NCBI GenBank assembly: GCA_041918515.1
Contig: JAYRVO010000170.1
Span: 3,526-67,525, forward strand
DNA: 64,000 nucleotides
Source: Chloroflexota bacterium
Lineage (GTDB): Bacteria; Chloroflexota; Anaerolineae; J102
Direction of reading: 5' to 3'
The first letter of the stretch is position 1; each line of letters starts with the position of its first letter. The position numbers and the translations under genes were made by a program. This document shows positions 10,316 to 21,487 of this stretch, one piece after another. The notes beneath the pieces are model-generated. The model had not been told where the DNA came from. It saw only the letters and a list, made by a program, of their open reading frames with translations, and searched no databases.

Positions 10316-10637
10316 AGCAGGGACGCTTCAGCCACATTACAAAGTGTGGGTGAAACCAGCGGTACACCTTGCCCGAAAACGACTGCCCGGACATATCCGT
10401 CAGCAAATCAAACGGATCATCGATGAACTGAGCCAGGATCCCCGACCTGATGCCAGCATTGATCTCAGCCTACAGTTCACTGCACCGGATGAATGGGAGT
10501 TGCGGCGGATTCGCTTTGCCGATTGGCGAGTCATTTATGCGGTGAGTGATCTCTGGCGCGAGATTGCCGTGTTGAGCATCCAGAAACGCCCGCCTTACGA
10601 TTATGAGGATTTGGAGTTGCTCTTAGCGGAGCTATGA
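10299..10637 (+). CDS. RelE/ParE-family type II toxin
   Basis: The C-terminal motif RIRFADWRVIYAVSDLWREIAVLSIQKR is typical of ParE/RelE. The ATG at 10299 overlaps the antitoxin's 3' end by 17 nt. Confidence 0.65.
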   Translation: MTKTVRAGTLQPHYKVWVKPAVHLARKRLPGHIRQQIKRIIDELSQDPRPDASIDLSLQFTAPDEWELRRIRFADWRVIYAVSDLWREIAVLSIQKRPPYDYEDLELLLAEL

Positions 10638-10720
10638 AGTCTGCCTATCGCGCCCCGGCGCCGCCCACAACCAGAAAGATTGACCGGAGATGGTTAGGCG
10701 GCGCCGGGGATGTGCCAAAG

Positions 10721-11602
10721 TCAGACGCCATAAGCGCGGCGAGCGCCGTCGGTGGTGTTGCGCAGGAGCATGGCGATGGTCATCGGCCCCACGCCGCCCG
10801 GCACCGGAGTGATGGCTCCCGCCACCTCTTTGGCTTCGTCGAAGTGGACATCGCCCACCAGCCGATAGCCGCGAGGATCGTTGGCGTCGTCGATGGCATT
10901 GACGCCAACATCTATGACAACCGCTCCTGGCTTGATCCAATCCCCGCGCACCATCTGCGCCCGGCCCACAGCAGCGATCAGGATCTCAGCTTCGCGCACG
11001 ACCGACGGCAAATCAGTGGTGCGAGAATGGCAAATGGTGACGGTGGCGTTGCGGTGGAGGAGGAGCATGGCCGCGGGCAGGCCGACGATGTTGCTACGGC
11101 CCAGAACGACCGCGCGTTTGCCCTCGATCTTGAAGCCGCTACGGATGATCAGTTCGATGCAGCCGCGCGGGGTGCAGGGGGTGAACAGCGGCTCACGGCG
11201 CTTCATCGACAAGCGGCCGATATTGAGAGGATGGAAGCCATCGACATCTTTCTCGATGCTGATGGCGCCGAGGATGTCCTCTTCGTCCAGATGGCCGGGG
11301 AGGGGAAGCTGAACGAGAATGCCGTGGACGTCGGGGTTGGCGTTGAGATCCTGCACGACCTTTTTTAGATCGGCCTGGCTGATGTCGACGGGCAGGTCGT
11401 AGCCGAACGAGGCGATGCCGACCTCGGCGCAGGCTTTCTTCTTCATGCGCACATAAGTTTGCGAGTCTTTGCGTTCGCCGACCAAAACAGCGGCGAGGCC
11501 GGGGACTTTGCCGATGGCGGCCTGCATTTGTGCAACTTCCGCCTTGATTTCTTCCCGAATCTGGGCGGCGATAGCGGTTCCATTGATAATCTGGGCTGAC
11601 AC
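10721..11602 (-). CDS. folD: bifunctional methylenetetrahydrofolate dehydrogenase/cyclohydrolase
   Basis: The protein matches FolD along its full length, including GRSNIVGLPAAMLL and ITPVPGGVGPMTIAML. The start was moved to the GTG at 11602, which is preceded by AGGAGG at a 5-nt spacing. The track ORF begins at TTG 11617. Confidence 0.88.
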   Translation of the reverse strand: MSAQIINGTAIAAQIREEIKAEVAQMQAAIGKVPGLAAVLVGERKDSQTYVRMKKKACAEVGIASFGYDLPVDISQADLKKVVQDLNANPDVHGILVQLPLPGHLDEEDILGAISIEKDVDGFHPLNIGRLSMKRREPLFTPCTPRGCIELIIRSGFKIEGKRAVVLGRSNIVGLPAAMLLLHRNATVTICHSRTTDLPSVVREAEILIAAVGRAQMVRGDWIKPGAVVIDVGVNAIDDANDPRGYRLVGDVHFDEAKEVAGAITPVPGGVGPMTIAMLLRNTTDGARRAYGV

Positions 11603-11794
11603 GAGTGCCTCCTGCAAATGTTAGATAGGGCGATCGAAGCGACCGCAAGGATTTGGCAACTACTATAGCATAGAGTGGGCGGGGACGCAATTTTCTTTGT
11701 AATTTTTAGCACAATCAATCATGCTAACGCCCACCCGACCAACGCCTGCCTCCGTCCCTTTCTTGCATCCGGCGCGGGTTTGTGCTATTCTGCC

Positions 11795-12033
11795 GGCGTA
11801 GTATCCCTCTTATACGCGTGATGCTCTTGAGACGTTCTGAGCCAACACCTACCCAACGGGAGCCGGGCATGCCCTGGTTGACGCGATAGCCCGTGATTGG
11901 CAAGGCGAAAGTCAGGCGAAGGCTCCCACCTGCGCAAGCAGGTTCAAACTAATCTGAGCACACGGTATCCAGGGGGACTACGAGCCATTATTCTTGAGAC
12001 GACCGACCTTGTGTTGCAAGGCCGGTCTTTTTT
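11795..12033 (+). ncRNA. candidate structured small RNA (~235 nt) of unresolved identity
   Basis: A promoter TTGCAT-17-(TG)cTATTCT is present at 11764-11792. The 5' end (GGCGTAGTATCCC) is complementary to the 3' region (GGGGGACTACG). A GCAA tetraloop hairpin (ACCTGC-GCAA-GCAGGT) and a palindromic GGGCATGCCC lie inside. The transcript would end at an intrinsic terminator. No ORF is present and it is intergenic between folD and the MBL gene. Confidence 0.35.
12001..12033 (+). terminator. rho-independent terminator
   Basis: GACCGACCTTG pairs with CAAGGCCGGTC (11 bp, one mismatch) around a 5-nt loop, followed by TTTTTTG. Confidence 0.6.
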
Positions 12034-12184
12034 GCGCCTGCGCTGGTGCGTTGTACAGATCGGGTGGTGTCATTTTGACACGAACTCTTGATCCCGAATT
12101 TGCTCTGTGTTATGCTTTGAAAGTACAGCGCCTGGTTGCGGGCGCTGATCTTTTGCTGGCAAGGATGTCAGGAGTCAGTGACGC

Positions 12185-13030
12185 ATGGTCGTACGCGAGC
12201 GCATTGCTGATCACGTCTACGTGTTTCGCAGCAGCCAATATGCACAGGTGAACGCCGGGTTGGTGCATACCGATGAAGGGTGTGTGGTGATCGATACCCT
12301 GCCATTTCCGCAGGAGACGCGCGAGGTCCTGGATTTCGTCCAGCGACGCTTGCGTTCGCATGTGCGTTATCTCATTCTGACCCATTCGCATGCGGACCAT
12401 GTCTACGGCGCCTATCTGTTCCCTGGTGCTGAAGTCGTCGGCCATCTGCTCTGTCGCGACCTGATGATCAAGCAGACGCGACCGGCTTTGATCGAGGCGC
12501 GCCAACGCCACGCCGCCCTGGCATCGGTGTATCTGCAACTGCCAACGATGTTGACCGAGAAGGAAGCCACCATCCGTATCGGTAATTTTACTCTCGTGCT
12601 CCATCACTCGCCCGGCCACGCGCCTGATGTGATCACGGTGTATGTCAAGGAGGAGAAGGTGTTATTTGCCAGCGACACCGTGATGCCGGCGCCCTATTTC
12701 ATCAGTGGCAATATCGACGATTTTCGGTGCTCGCTGCGCGAGATTCTCGAACTCGCCCCGGTCGAGGATGTGGTGCAGGGGCACGGAGATGTGTTGTTGC
12801 GTGGCGAGGTGAACACCGTCCTGCAGACCCAGTTGGATTATCTGGACTGTATCGAAAAGTATGTGGCCGAGGTGCTGGCGATGGGCGGCGGCAGGACCGA
12901 GCTGGACGCGCTGGATATGGAGACATGCGGTCTTTCGCGCATTGCGCTCAATGGCTATGTGCAGCAACTACACAAAGCCAATCTTTATTTTCTGTATGGG
13001 CAGGCGCGCAAACAGCAGCGATCTATGTAA
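12185..13030 (+). CDS. MBL-fold metallo-hydrolase
   Basis: The HxHxDH motif THSHADH is present with downstream His and Asp ligands. Confidence 0.75.
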   Translation: MVVRERIADHVYVFRSSQYAQVNAGLVHTDEGCVVIDTLPFPQETREVLDFVQRRLRSHVRYLILTHSHADHVYGAYLFPGAEVVGHLLCRDLMIKQTRPALIEARQRHAALASVYLQLPTMLTEKEATIRIGNFTLVLHHSPGHAPDVITVYVKEEKVLFASDTVMPAPYFISGNIDDFRCSLREILELAPVEDVVQGHGDVLLRGEVNTVLQTQLDYLDCIEKYVAEVLAMGGGRTELDALDMETCGLSRIALNGYVQQLHKANLYFLYGQARKQQRSM

Positions 13031-13048
13031 AAACTCCTTGATTTGCTC

Positions 13049-13153
13049 GTAGTAACGACTTTAGTCGTTCGATGCATGCGAAAGCGACTCAAATCGCTAC
13101 TATGCCCAACGTTATACTCGTTATCCTCGCTTAACGACTAAAGTCGTTACTAC
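13049..13153. repeat. 105-bp palindromic MITE/REP-like element with 21-bp terminal inverted repeats GTAGTAACGACTTTAGTCGTT
   Basis: The left arm at 13049-13069 is the exact reverse complement of the right arm at 13133-13153. Each arm also contains the internal palindrome AACGACTnAAGTCGTT. A second copy lies at 18342-18395. Confidence 0.85.
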
Positions 13154-13280
13154 TACAACCGCATTTGTCATTCTGAGGAGTGAAACGACGAAGAATCTGC
13201 GGTTTTCGCTGGTGTAAGTTGGAGATTCTTCGCTCCCGCTGGTCGCTCAGAATGACACTTCAGGCGATGTGCGGTTGTAG
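13153..13280. repeat. second palindromic element, 128 bp, with termini CTACAACCGCA...TGTCATTCTGAG
   Basis: The left end at 13153-13177 is complementary to 13246-13280, apart from a 10-nt indel. It abuts the first element. Confidence 0.75.
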
Positions 13281-13311
13281 TATTACTATGGTTTTCGCGA
13301 TGGTTTGGTTG

Positions 13312-14616
13312 CTAATCGATCGCTTCGGCTAAGGTGCGTTCGAAGATGTCCAGGCCCTCATCGAGAAGAGGACGGGGGATGTTGAGGGCAGGGACGAAGC
13401 GGATGCCGTTGACGCCGCAGCCGATGAGGAGGAGGCCGTGTGCGAAGGCGCGCTCCTCGATGAGGTTGCGGAGTTGGGGGTTCGGCTCGTTGGTTTCCTG
13501 ATCGGTGACGATTTCGACAGCGGCCATCATGCCTTTGCCGCGCACATCGCCGATCTGGGGATAGGTCTTGAGCATGGCGGTCAGGCGTTCCTTGAGGTAG
13601 GCGCCGCTTTCGGCGGCCATCTGGATCAGGCCGTTTTCCAATAGATCGAGCGTGGCCAGGGCGGCGGCGCAGGCGACCGGGTTGCCGCCAAAGGTGCTGG
13701 CATGGGCGCCGGGCGGCCAGGTCATGATCTCGCTGCGGGCGATGATGGCGCCGAGGGGCAGTCCACTGGCGATACCTTTGGCCAGGCAGAGGATGTCGGG
13801 TTCGACGCCCCAGTGTTCGCAGGCGAAGAGTTTGCCGGTGCGCCCCATGCCCGTTTGCACTTCGTCGAGGACGAGGAGGATGCCGTGTTGGTCGCAGATG
13901 CGACGGAGGCCGGGGAGGAAGTTGGCGGGCGGGACGAGGTAGCCGCCCTCGCCCTGGATCGGTTCGACGACGATGGCGGCCACTTCTTCGGGCGGCACCG
14001 CTGTTTTGAAGAGGCGGTCTTCGATGTAGTCGAGCGCGGCCTGGCCTGGTTCCAGCCCTGGCCAGGGGTTGCGGAAGGTGTTGGGGTAGATGGCGTGCGA
14101 GACGCCGGGTACGAGGGGAGCAAAGCCTCGCCGCTGGATGGTCTTGGAGGCGGTGAGGGAGAGGGCGCCGTAGGTGCGGCCGTGGAAAGCGCCGTAGAAG
14201 GCGAGGAAACGAGTGCGTCCCGTGAAGTAACGGGAGAGTTTCATGGCGGCTTCGATCGATTCGGCGCCGGAATTGGTGAAGAAGACTTTGGTGGGGGTGG
14301 ACATGGGGGCGAGGCGGTTGAGCCGCTCGGCCAATTCGATTTCGGTGGGATAATAGAAGTCGGTGCCCGACATGTGGAGGAATTTGTCGGCCTGGTCTTT
14401 GATGGCTTGCACCACGGCGGGGTGGCTGTGGCCGGTGTTGGTCACGGCGATGCCGGTGGTGAAGTCGATGTAGCGTTTGCCGTCTACATCCCAAACTTCG
14501 GAGCCGTGGCCAGAGGCCATGACGAAGGGGTAGCTGCGGGTGTAAGAAGGGGAGAGGTTGGCATGATCTCTCTTGACATAATCAAACGAGATGAGAGGCG
14601 TTGGCGCCGGGGTCAT
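13312..14616 (-). CDS. class III PLP-dependent aminotransferase (ArgD/GabT-like)
   Basis: The sequence matches class III aminotransferases throughout, including LLVLDEVQTGMGRTGKLFA and a PLP-lysine context. Confidence 0.82.
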   Translation of the reverse strand: MTPAPTPLISFDYVKRDHANLSPSYTRSYPFVMASGHGSEVWDVDGKRYIDFTTGIAVTNTGHSHPAVVQAIKDQADKFLHMSGTDFYYPTEIELAERLNRLAPMSTPTKVFFTNSGAESIEAAMKLSRYFTGRTRFLAFYGAFHGRTYGALSLTASKTIQRRGFAPLVPGVSHAIYPNTFRNPWPGLEPGQAALDYIEDRLFKTAVPPEEVAAIVVEPIQGEGGYLVPPANFLPGLRRICDQHGILLVLDEVQTGMGRTGKLFACEHWGVEPDILCLAKGIASGLPLGAIIARSEIMTWPPGAHASTFGGNPVACAAALATLDLLENGLIQMAAESGAYLKERLTAMLKTYPQIGDVRGKGMMAAVEIVTDQETNEPNPQLRNLIEERAFAHGLLLIGCGVNGIRFVPALNIPRPLLDEGLDIFERTLAEAID

Positions 14617-14655
14617 AGACAGGCTCCGTGACGAGAGAGGGTAAAGAAAACGGGA

Positions 14656-16809
14656 TCAAGGGGTGGGTTCGAGGCGAAGTTGGTGGATGGTGAGGCCGGG
14701 CCGGTCGGGGACGAGAAGGAAGCGGTTGGGGCCGGGTTGGAGGGTGAGGGTAAAACGAGCGGGAGGACCGGCGCTGGCGCCAATCTCCCGACCGGAGGCG
14801 TCGCGGAGGTGGTAGGGGGTGGCGTTGTCAACGGCGGGGGTGGCGATCAGGGTTTGGAGAGCGCCGTCGGGGCTATGGACGATGAGGGTTGCGGATGTCC
14901 CGATCTGGCGCGCGGGGCCGGGCAGGAGTGGTCCCCAATCGTAGCCAAGCTCGAGGAAGGGGAGGCGTTGATCGGGCGGCCAGGTTTCGTAGACGCTGAG
15001 GCGGTCATCGACAAAGATGGGCGGGCGACTTTGGAAGATGGCGGGGATGAGGGCGTCGATCTGGGAGCGTTCGCCGCTGGGTTGCCCGTTGTTTTCGAGT
15101 GGCATCTGATAGCGGTCGATGACGACCCAGCGGATGCCGGTGAAGTCGAAGAGGGTGGGGGCGTAGGCGGCAGGGTCGATAGCGTTGATGTCAGGGGCGC
15201 CGTGACGGAGGTCGGAGAGGAGGGGGAGGCGTTCGGGATAGGTGCGGGGGTCGTTGCGGCTGATGTAGCCGGCAGTGAGGGGTTTGTTGTGGACGGTTTG
15301 GGCCAGCAGGTAGATGGGGCGGTCCCAGGTCATGGGCAGGTTGAGGACGGCGCCGGGGCGTGGGTCGGCGGCAAGGGTGTGGTACCAAGGGGGGATGTCG
15401 GGCTGGCTGATGGGGTAGGGGAGGGGGGCGAATTCGCAGAGGAGGAGGCCGGTCGCCAGGGCGGCGAGCCAGCGGTGGGGGTGGGCCAGGAGGAGGGTGT
15501 ACATGCCCCCACCTGCCAAGATGCCGAGGCAGAGCGTGACGACGAGGTCGTAGCGGGCGACGGTGCGGGCGATGTCGAGGAAGGGGAGGTGGAGGAGGAG
15601 GGCATAGGGGAGGGGGAGGGGCCGGCCGCCGGGGAGGGTGATGATGGCGCCGCCGATGTGGAGGACAGGGCCGAGGGCGAAGAGGGCGAAGAGGAGGGCG
15701 GTGATGGCCCAGAAGCCCAGTCGCACCTTTCGCCGCCAGAGGGCGTAGAGGGCGAGGAGGAGGGGGATGAGGCCGAGGTAGACGGTGTTTTCGGAGGGGC
15801 TGGCGGGGAGGTTGGCGCGGAGGCGGGCGGCCCAGGCGCCCCACCAGGGGTGCTGGCCCGAAGGGATCAGGAAGCCGAGCAGGTCGGCGCTGAGTTGGGT
15901 GATCTGGCCGGGGGGCGGGCGCATGAAGTCGTAGCGCAGGCTTTCGCTCACCATGGGTAGGGTGAGGGGGGCGGTGGCGAGGAGGAAGACGCCGAAGGTG
16001 AGGGCGAGGGTGGGTAGGTGGATGGGGTGGAGTTGGCGGCGCAGGAGGAGCCAGAGGAGGTAGAGGGCGGTGAAGAGGGTGAGGTAGAGGACGAGGTACC
16101 AGTCGCAGAGGCCGCAGAGGATGAGGAAGAGGGCGGCGAGGAGGGCGTCGTGGTAGGGGATCGTGTTTTTGGCGTTGTGTCGAGGGGTGCGGTTGGTGCT
16201 ACGTAGGAGGTAGAGGACGTAGAAGGGGGCGAATTCCAGGCTGAAGACCTGCATGTGGCCCAGAAGGTGGGCGAAGTGGAAGGGGGAAAAGGTGAAGACG
16301 ACGCCGGCGGTGATGCTGGCCAGCCAGAGTCGCCAATCGCAGGGGGCGCCGCCGCGACGCAGGATGTAGGATGTCAGGAGGGTGGCGCCGTAGCCGGCGA
16401 TGGTGAAGCTGAAAAGGACGATGGTGTTGTAGGCCCAGAAGAGGTTGGCGGTCAACTGCACGGGCAGGCTGATCAGGCCGTTGAAGGCGTTGAGGGTCTG
16501 GAACCAGAGGCTGACGCCGGTGGGATGGTAGAGGGCGGGGGTGAAATAGGGGTGGGCGTGCAGGTCGAGGAGGGCCGTGCGCAGCCACCAGAGGTTCCAA
16601 TAGTTTTGCCAGCCGTCGAAGCCGTCGCCGGGGATGGCGCTGCCCAATTGGCGGGCGAGGGGCCAGGTGAGGAGGAGGGTGGCGGCGAGGAAGAAGATCA
16701 GGGTAAGGAGGTGGGGAAGGTGCGAAGATTTCGGCTGCGCGGTTCTTCCGGCCTGCCCTTCGGGCTGAGCCTCAGGACGAAGCCTGACCCCAATAAAAGG
16801 TGGTCCCAT
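14656..16809 (-). CDS. polytopic integral membrane protein, putative GT-C-type glycosyltransferase
   Basis: There are more than 10 predicted TM helices, an N-terminal WPLARQLGSAIPGDGFDGWQNYWNLWWL motif and a large C-terminal soluble domain. The start was moved to the ATG at 16809 (MGPPF) to avoid a 34-bp overlap. Confidence 0.5.
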   Translation of the reverse strand: MGPPFIGVRLRPEAQPEGQAGRTAQPKSSHLPHLLTLIFFLAATLLLTWPLARQLGSAIPGDGFDGWQNYWNLWWLRTALLDLHAHPYFTPALYHPTGVSLWFQTLNAFNGLISLPVQLTANLFWAYNTIVLFSFTIAGYGATLLTSYILRRGGAPCDWRLWLASITAGVVFTFSPFHFAHLLGHMQVFSLEFAPFYVLYLLRSTNRTPRHNAKNTIPYHDALLAALFLILCGLCDWYLVLYLTLFTALYLLWLLLRRQLHPIHLPTLALTFGVFLLATAPLTLPMVSESLRYDFMRPPPGQITQLSADLLGFLIPSGQHPWWGAWAARLRANLPASPSENTVYLGLIPLLLALYALWRRKVRLGFWAITALLFALFALGPVLHIGGAIITLPGGRPLPLPYALLLHLPFLDIARTVARYDLVVTLCLGILAGGGMYTLLLAHPHRWLAALATGLLLCEFAPLPYPISQPDIPPWYHTLAADPRPGAVLNLPMTWDRPIYLLAQTVHNKPLTAGYISRNDPRTYPERLPLLSDLRHGAPDINAIDPAAYAPTLFDFTGIRWVVIDRYQMPLENNGQPSGERSQIDALIPAIFQSRPPIFVDDRLSVYETWPPDQRLPFLELGYDWGPLLPGPARQIGTSATLIVHSPDGALQTLIATPAVDNATPYHLRDASGREIGASAGPPARFTLTLQPGPNRFLLVPDRPGLTIHQLRLEPTP

Positions 16810-16832
16810 GTGCTCTGTGATGCCCTGATGTG

Positions 16833-17462
16833 TCAGTTGCCGAGAGATGCTTCGGTGAGCGCCCATGTTTGGGCATAGGCGGCCTGGCCGCGCGCGAGCA
16901 AGGTCTGCATGCGCGCGGCGGCGGCGGCGGCGAAGTCGGCATCCTGGATGGTTTTCAGGTTGATGCGGACGTTGAGCGCGGCGGCCATCATGCCAGCATG
17001 GGCGCAGAGGATGCCAGCGGCGCCATCGCTGGCGGCGTTGGGGTTGCCTTTGGCCAGCACGGTAGGGCCAAGCTCCAGGACGGCGGCGCAGGCGTCGAGG
17101 GTTTCCAGCGGGGTCAGGGTTGCCTGTTGCAGAGCGGCCTGGATGGAGGCGTTGCGGGCGAGGGTCTGGTCTTGTGTGTCTTTGGGTAGTTTGTAGGCGG
17201 ACATCACCGCCTCATAAGCAGTAGTGTCGCGGGCGATGAGCGCGGTCAGGTGGGAGCGCAGGCTTTCAGTCTGAGCCAGAATCTGCTGCATTTCGGCTTC
17301 GACGCTGGCGTATTTCTTGCGCCCAATCGTCAGGTTGCAGACCATGCTCAGCAGCGCCGCGCCTTGCGCCCCCACTAAGGCGGCGACGGCTCCTCCACCC
17401 GGCGCCGGTTCGCCACTGGCCAACTCGTCGAGGAAATGTTGCACAGACAGATCAACAAGCAT
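16833..17462 (-). CDS. formiminotetrahydrofolate cyclodeaminase-like protein (FTCD C-terminal domain family)
   Basis: LSVQHFLDELASGEPAPGGGAVAALVGAQGAALLSMV matches the FTCD_C family. Confidence 0.75.
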   Translation of the reverse strand: MLVDLSVQHFLDELASGEPAPGGGAVAALVGAQGAALLSMVCNLTIGRKKYASVEAEMQQILAQTESLRSHLTALIARDTTAYEAVMSAYKLPKDTQDQTLARNASIQAALQQATLTPLETLDACAAVLELGPTVLAKGNPNAASDGAAGILCAHAGMMAAALNVRINLKTIQDADFAAAAAARMQTLLARGQAAYAQTWALTEASLGN

Positions 17463-17593
17463 TGCACGACTCCATCGTCAAGGGTGAAACCTAGCGGGTG
17501 ACTGCCTTTTTGGCCATCGCCTCGCCGCCGGTGATAGCCAACATATGTCATTGTAGCAGGAAGGGGCAGGTTGTGCCATCCTACCACAAGGAA

Positions 17594-17602
17594 TGGTATA
17601 AT
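17594..17602 (+). promoter_or_regulatory. extended -10 promoter TGGTATAAT
   Basis: TGGTATAAT lies at 17594-17602, and a GGGAG RBS precedes the ATG at 17660. Confidence 0.35.
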
Positions 17603-17659
17603 CTTTGTTCAGAATGATTGTTGATATCCGTTTCTCATCATGACAGGGAGCTTCGAAGC

Positions 17660-18331
17660 ATGGCTGACGATCCGAATCGACAGTGGGCGCCCAACGACGA
17701 AATGGAGCGTTGGGAGGCCGAACAAGCCGATAGTTCGAGGGTGACTCGTGATAGGGCGCTGGCGAACGATGCCGGTATGTATGAGCCGCCGGCGGATATA
17801 GTGGACGACGAGGACGTCGAGGATTTGTCGGCGCGATCGGGGCCGTGGTATAGCTGGAGCATGGTGCGATTGGCCGTGGTGATCGTATTGGCGGCCATTG
17901 TCTTGATTTTGCTGTTGCGTGCGTGCACTTCGCGCTCGACGCCTGCTCCTGGCGCGCAGACCACCCCCGTTGCGACGCTGTCGGCGCCACAGCCCACGTT
18001 TACATCGACGCTCCCCTCGGTCGGCATGACCACGACGGTGGTCGTGTCGCCTACTGTGGCGGCTGTATCACCTACAGCGGCGGCGCCCGTGGGCGGTAGT
18101 TTTCAGAAGGGCCAGCAGGTGAAGGTGGGGGGCACCGAGGGCGAGGGCATCCGTTTTCGCACGGGGCCAGGGCTGGGCTATACGACCACGGCGATTTTGC
18201 AGGATGACATGATCCTGACAGTGGTCGGCGGCCCCGAGCAGGCCGATGGCTACACCTGGTGGCGTTTGCAGACGGCTCGCAGCAGTGTGGGCTGGGCGAC
18301 TGATGGCAATTTGACGGCTGTGCAACCGTGA
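17660..18331 (+). CDS. membrane-anchored protein with a Thr/Pro/Val-rich linker and a C-terminal bacterial SH3-like domain
   Basis: It has an acidic N-terminus, one TM helix (LAVVIVLAAIVLILLL), a TPAPGAQTTPVATLS linker and an SH3b-like C-terminus (GYTWWRL). Confidence 0.55.
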   Translation: MADDPNRQWAPNDEMERWEAEQADSSRVTRDRALANDAGMYEPPADIVDDEDVEDLSARSGPWYSWSMVRLAVVIVLAAIVLILLLRACTSRSTPAPGAQTTPVATLSAPQPTFTSTLPSVGMTTTVVVSPTVAAVSPTAAAPVGGSFQKGQQVKVGGTEGEGIRFRTGPGLGYTTTAILQDDMILTVVGGPEQADGYTWWRLQTARSSVGWATDGNLTAVQP

Positions 18332-18341
18332 AATCTGCTAC

Positions 18342-18395
18342 GTAGTAACGACTTCAGTCGTTCTTATCTGCATTAACGACTAAAGTCGTTACTAC
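18342..18395. repeat. 54-bp copy of the palindromic element (same 21-bp termini as 13049-13153)
   Basis: GTAGTAACGACTTCAGTCGTT...AACGACTAAAGTCGTTACTAC lies directly after the stop of the upstream gene. Confidence 0.85.
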
Positions 18396-18424
18396 GAAAC
18401 TATCAAGCTATATCGATTATTTAG

Positions 18425-20464
<2,040 letters not shown>

Positions 20465-20485
20465 CGGCTGTACAAGGTCTTGACG

Positions 20486-21013
20486 ATGAAATTTTGCCCG
20501 AATTGTAGCGCTGATCTGGAAACGCAAATTGTGAATGATCTGCCGCGCAGGGTGTGTCCGGCCTGCGGTTACACGTATTGGAACAATCCTCTGCCGGTCG
20601 CGGGCGCGGCTGTGATCGATGCGCGCGGGTATATTCTGCTGGCGCGGCGGTCGGTGGAGCCACGCCAGGGGTATTGGAACCTGCCGGCGGGGTTTTTCGA
20701 GTGGGGCGAATCGGCAGAGACGGCGGCGCGGCGCGAGGTACGCGAGGAGACCGGGCTGGAGGTGGAGATCACCGGCTATCTCGCCAGTTTTGGCGCCGGC
20801 CACGATTTTGATCGCTGGCGCAGCATCACCTATGTCTTTTTCTACGCACGACCCGGGGGTGGCGACTTGGCGGCTGGCGACGATGCCGACGAGGTGGCTT
20901 TCTTCGCGCCGGACGCGCTGCCGGCGGCGATCGCGTTTACTTCCAATCTGGCAGCGTTGGCGCAGTGGCAGGCGGATCGACGGGCGGGGTTGCCGCGAGC
21001 GCTGGGCAGCTAG
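20486..21013 (+). CDS. NUDIX hydrolase with an N-terminal zinc ribbon (NudC-like)
   Basis: CPNC...CPACG zinc ribbon plus the Nudix box GFFEWGESAETAARREVREETGL. Confidence 0.75.
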   Translation: MKFCPNCSADLETQIVNDLPRRVCPACGYTYWNNPLPVAGAAVIDARGYILLARRSVEPRQGYWNLPAGFFEWGESAETAARREVREETGLEVEITGYLASFGAGHDFDRWRSITYVFFYARPGGGDLAAGDDADEVAFFAPDALPAAIAFTSNLAALAQWQADRRAGLPRALGS

Positions 21014-21070
21014 AGGGAGATGTATTCAGGGAAGGGTGAGGGGCGAAGTATGGACGGCGTGGCGGGTCGT

Positions 21071-21487
21071 CTATGCCTCGAATATCGTCAGTTTTTGTTC
21101 TCCGTGCACTGTCACCCGTAATGCTTTATCCAGCACGGCGCACATAAATCCTAACTTCTCATCCTCTGCTGCCTGGAAGTAATGGATCTCGTCCGGCTCG
21201 ACGTAGATGGCATCGCCAAATTGAATAGGATGAACGTCTTCGCCCAGACGCACCACGCCGCGCCCGCGCAGCACCAAGACGACGTGCTCGTAGTTGTGTT
21301 GCTCGAAGTTGCTGCGCGCGCCTGGCTCTAGTTCGAAATAGCGCGCTTCCAGGTTGGTCGATTGGTCGCGACGGCTGATGAAACGCTGCACTGTCACGCC
21401 CGGGTGGCTAGGCCCGTAGTTCTGTGTGGGAACGCCTTCCCAATCCCAGCCGCCCTCTGTACCAATGAAACGATGGATCGTGCCCAT
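21071..21487 (-). CDS. cupin-domain protein
   Basis: Two conserved-barrel motifs are present (HNYEHVVLVLRGRG and GDAIYVEPDEIHYF). Confidence 0.6.
   Translation of the reverse strand: MGTIHRFIGTEGGWDWEGVPTQNYGPSHPGVTVQRFISRRDQSTNLEARYFELEPGARSNFEQHNYEHVVLVLRGRGVVRLGEDVHPIQFGDAIYVEPDEIHYFQAAEDEKLGFMCAVLDKALRVTVHGEQKLTIFEA

Noticed and set aside
11930-11950. GGTTCAAAC, a motif resembling a tRNA T-loop
   Set aside because: No acceptor stem, D-arm or anticodon arm can be built around it. It lies inside the candidate sRNA.
13358-14494. 378-aa alternative-frame ORF overlapping the aminotransferase
   Set aside because: The aminotransferase frame has full-length family homology. This frame is an Arg/Pro-rich artefact.
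15191-15844. Pro/Arg-rich 217-aa ORF, and others, antisense within the membrane-protein gene
   Set aside because: This is a typical GC-rich shadow ORF with an extreme low-complexity composition.
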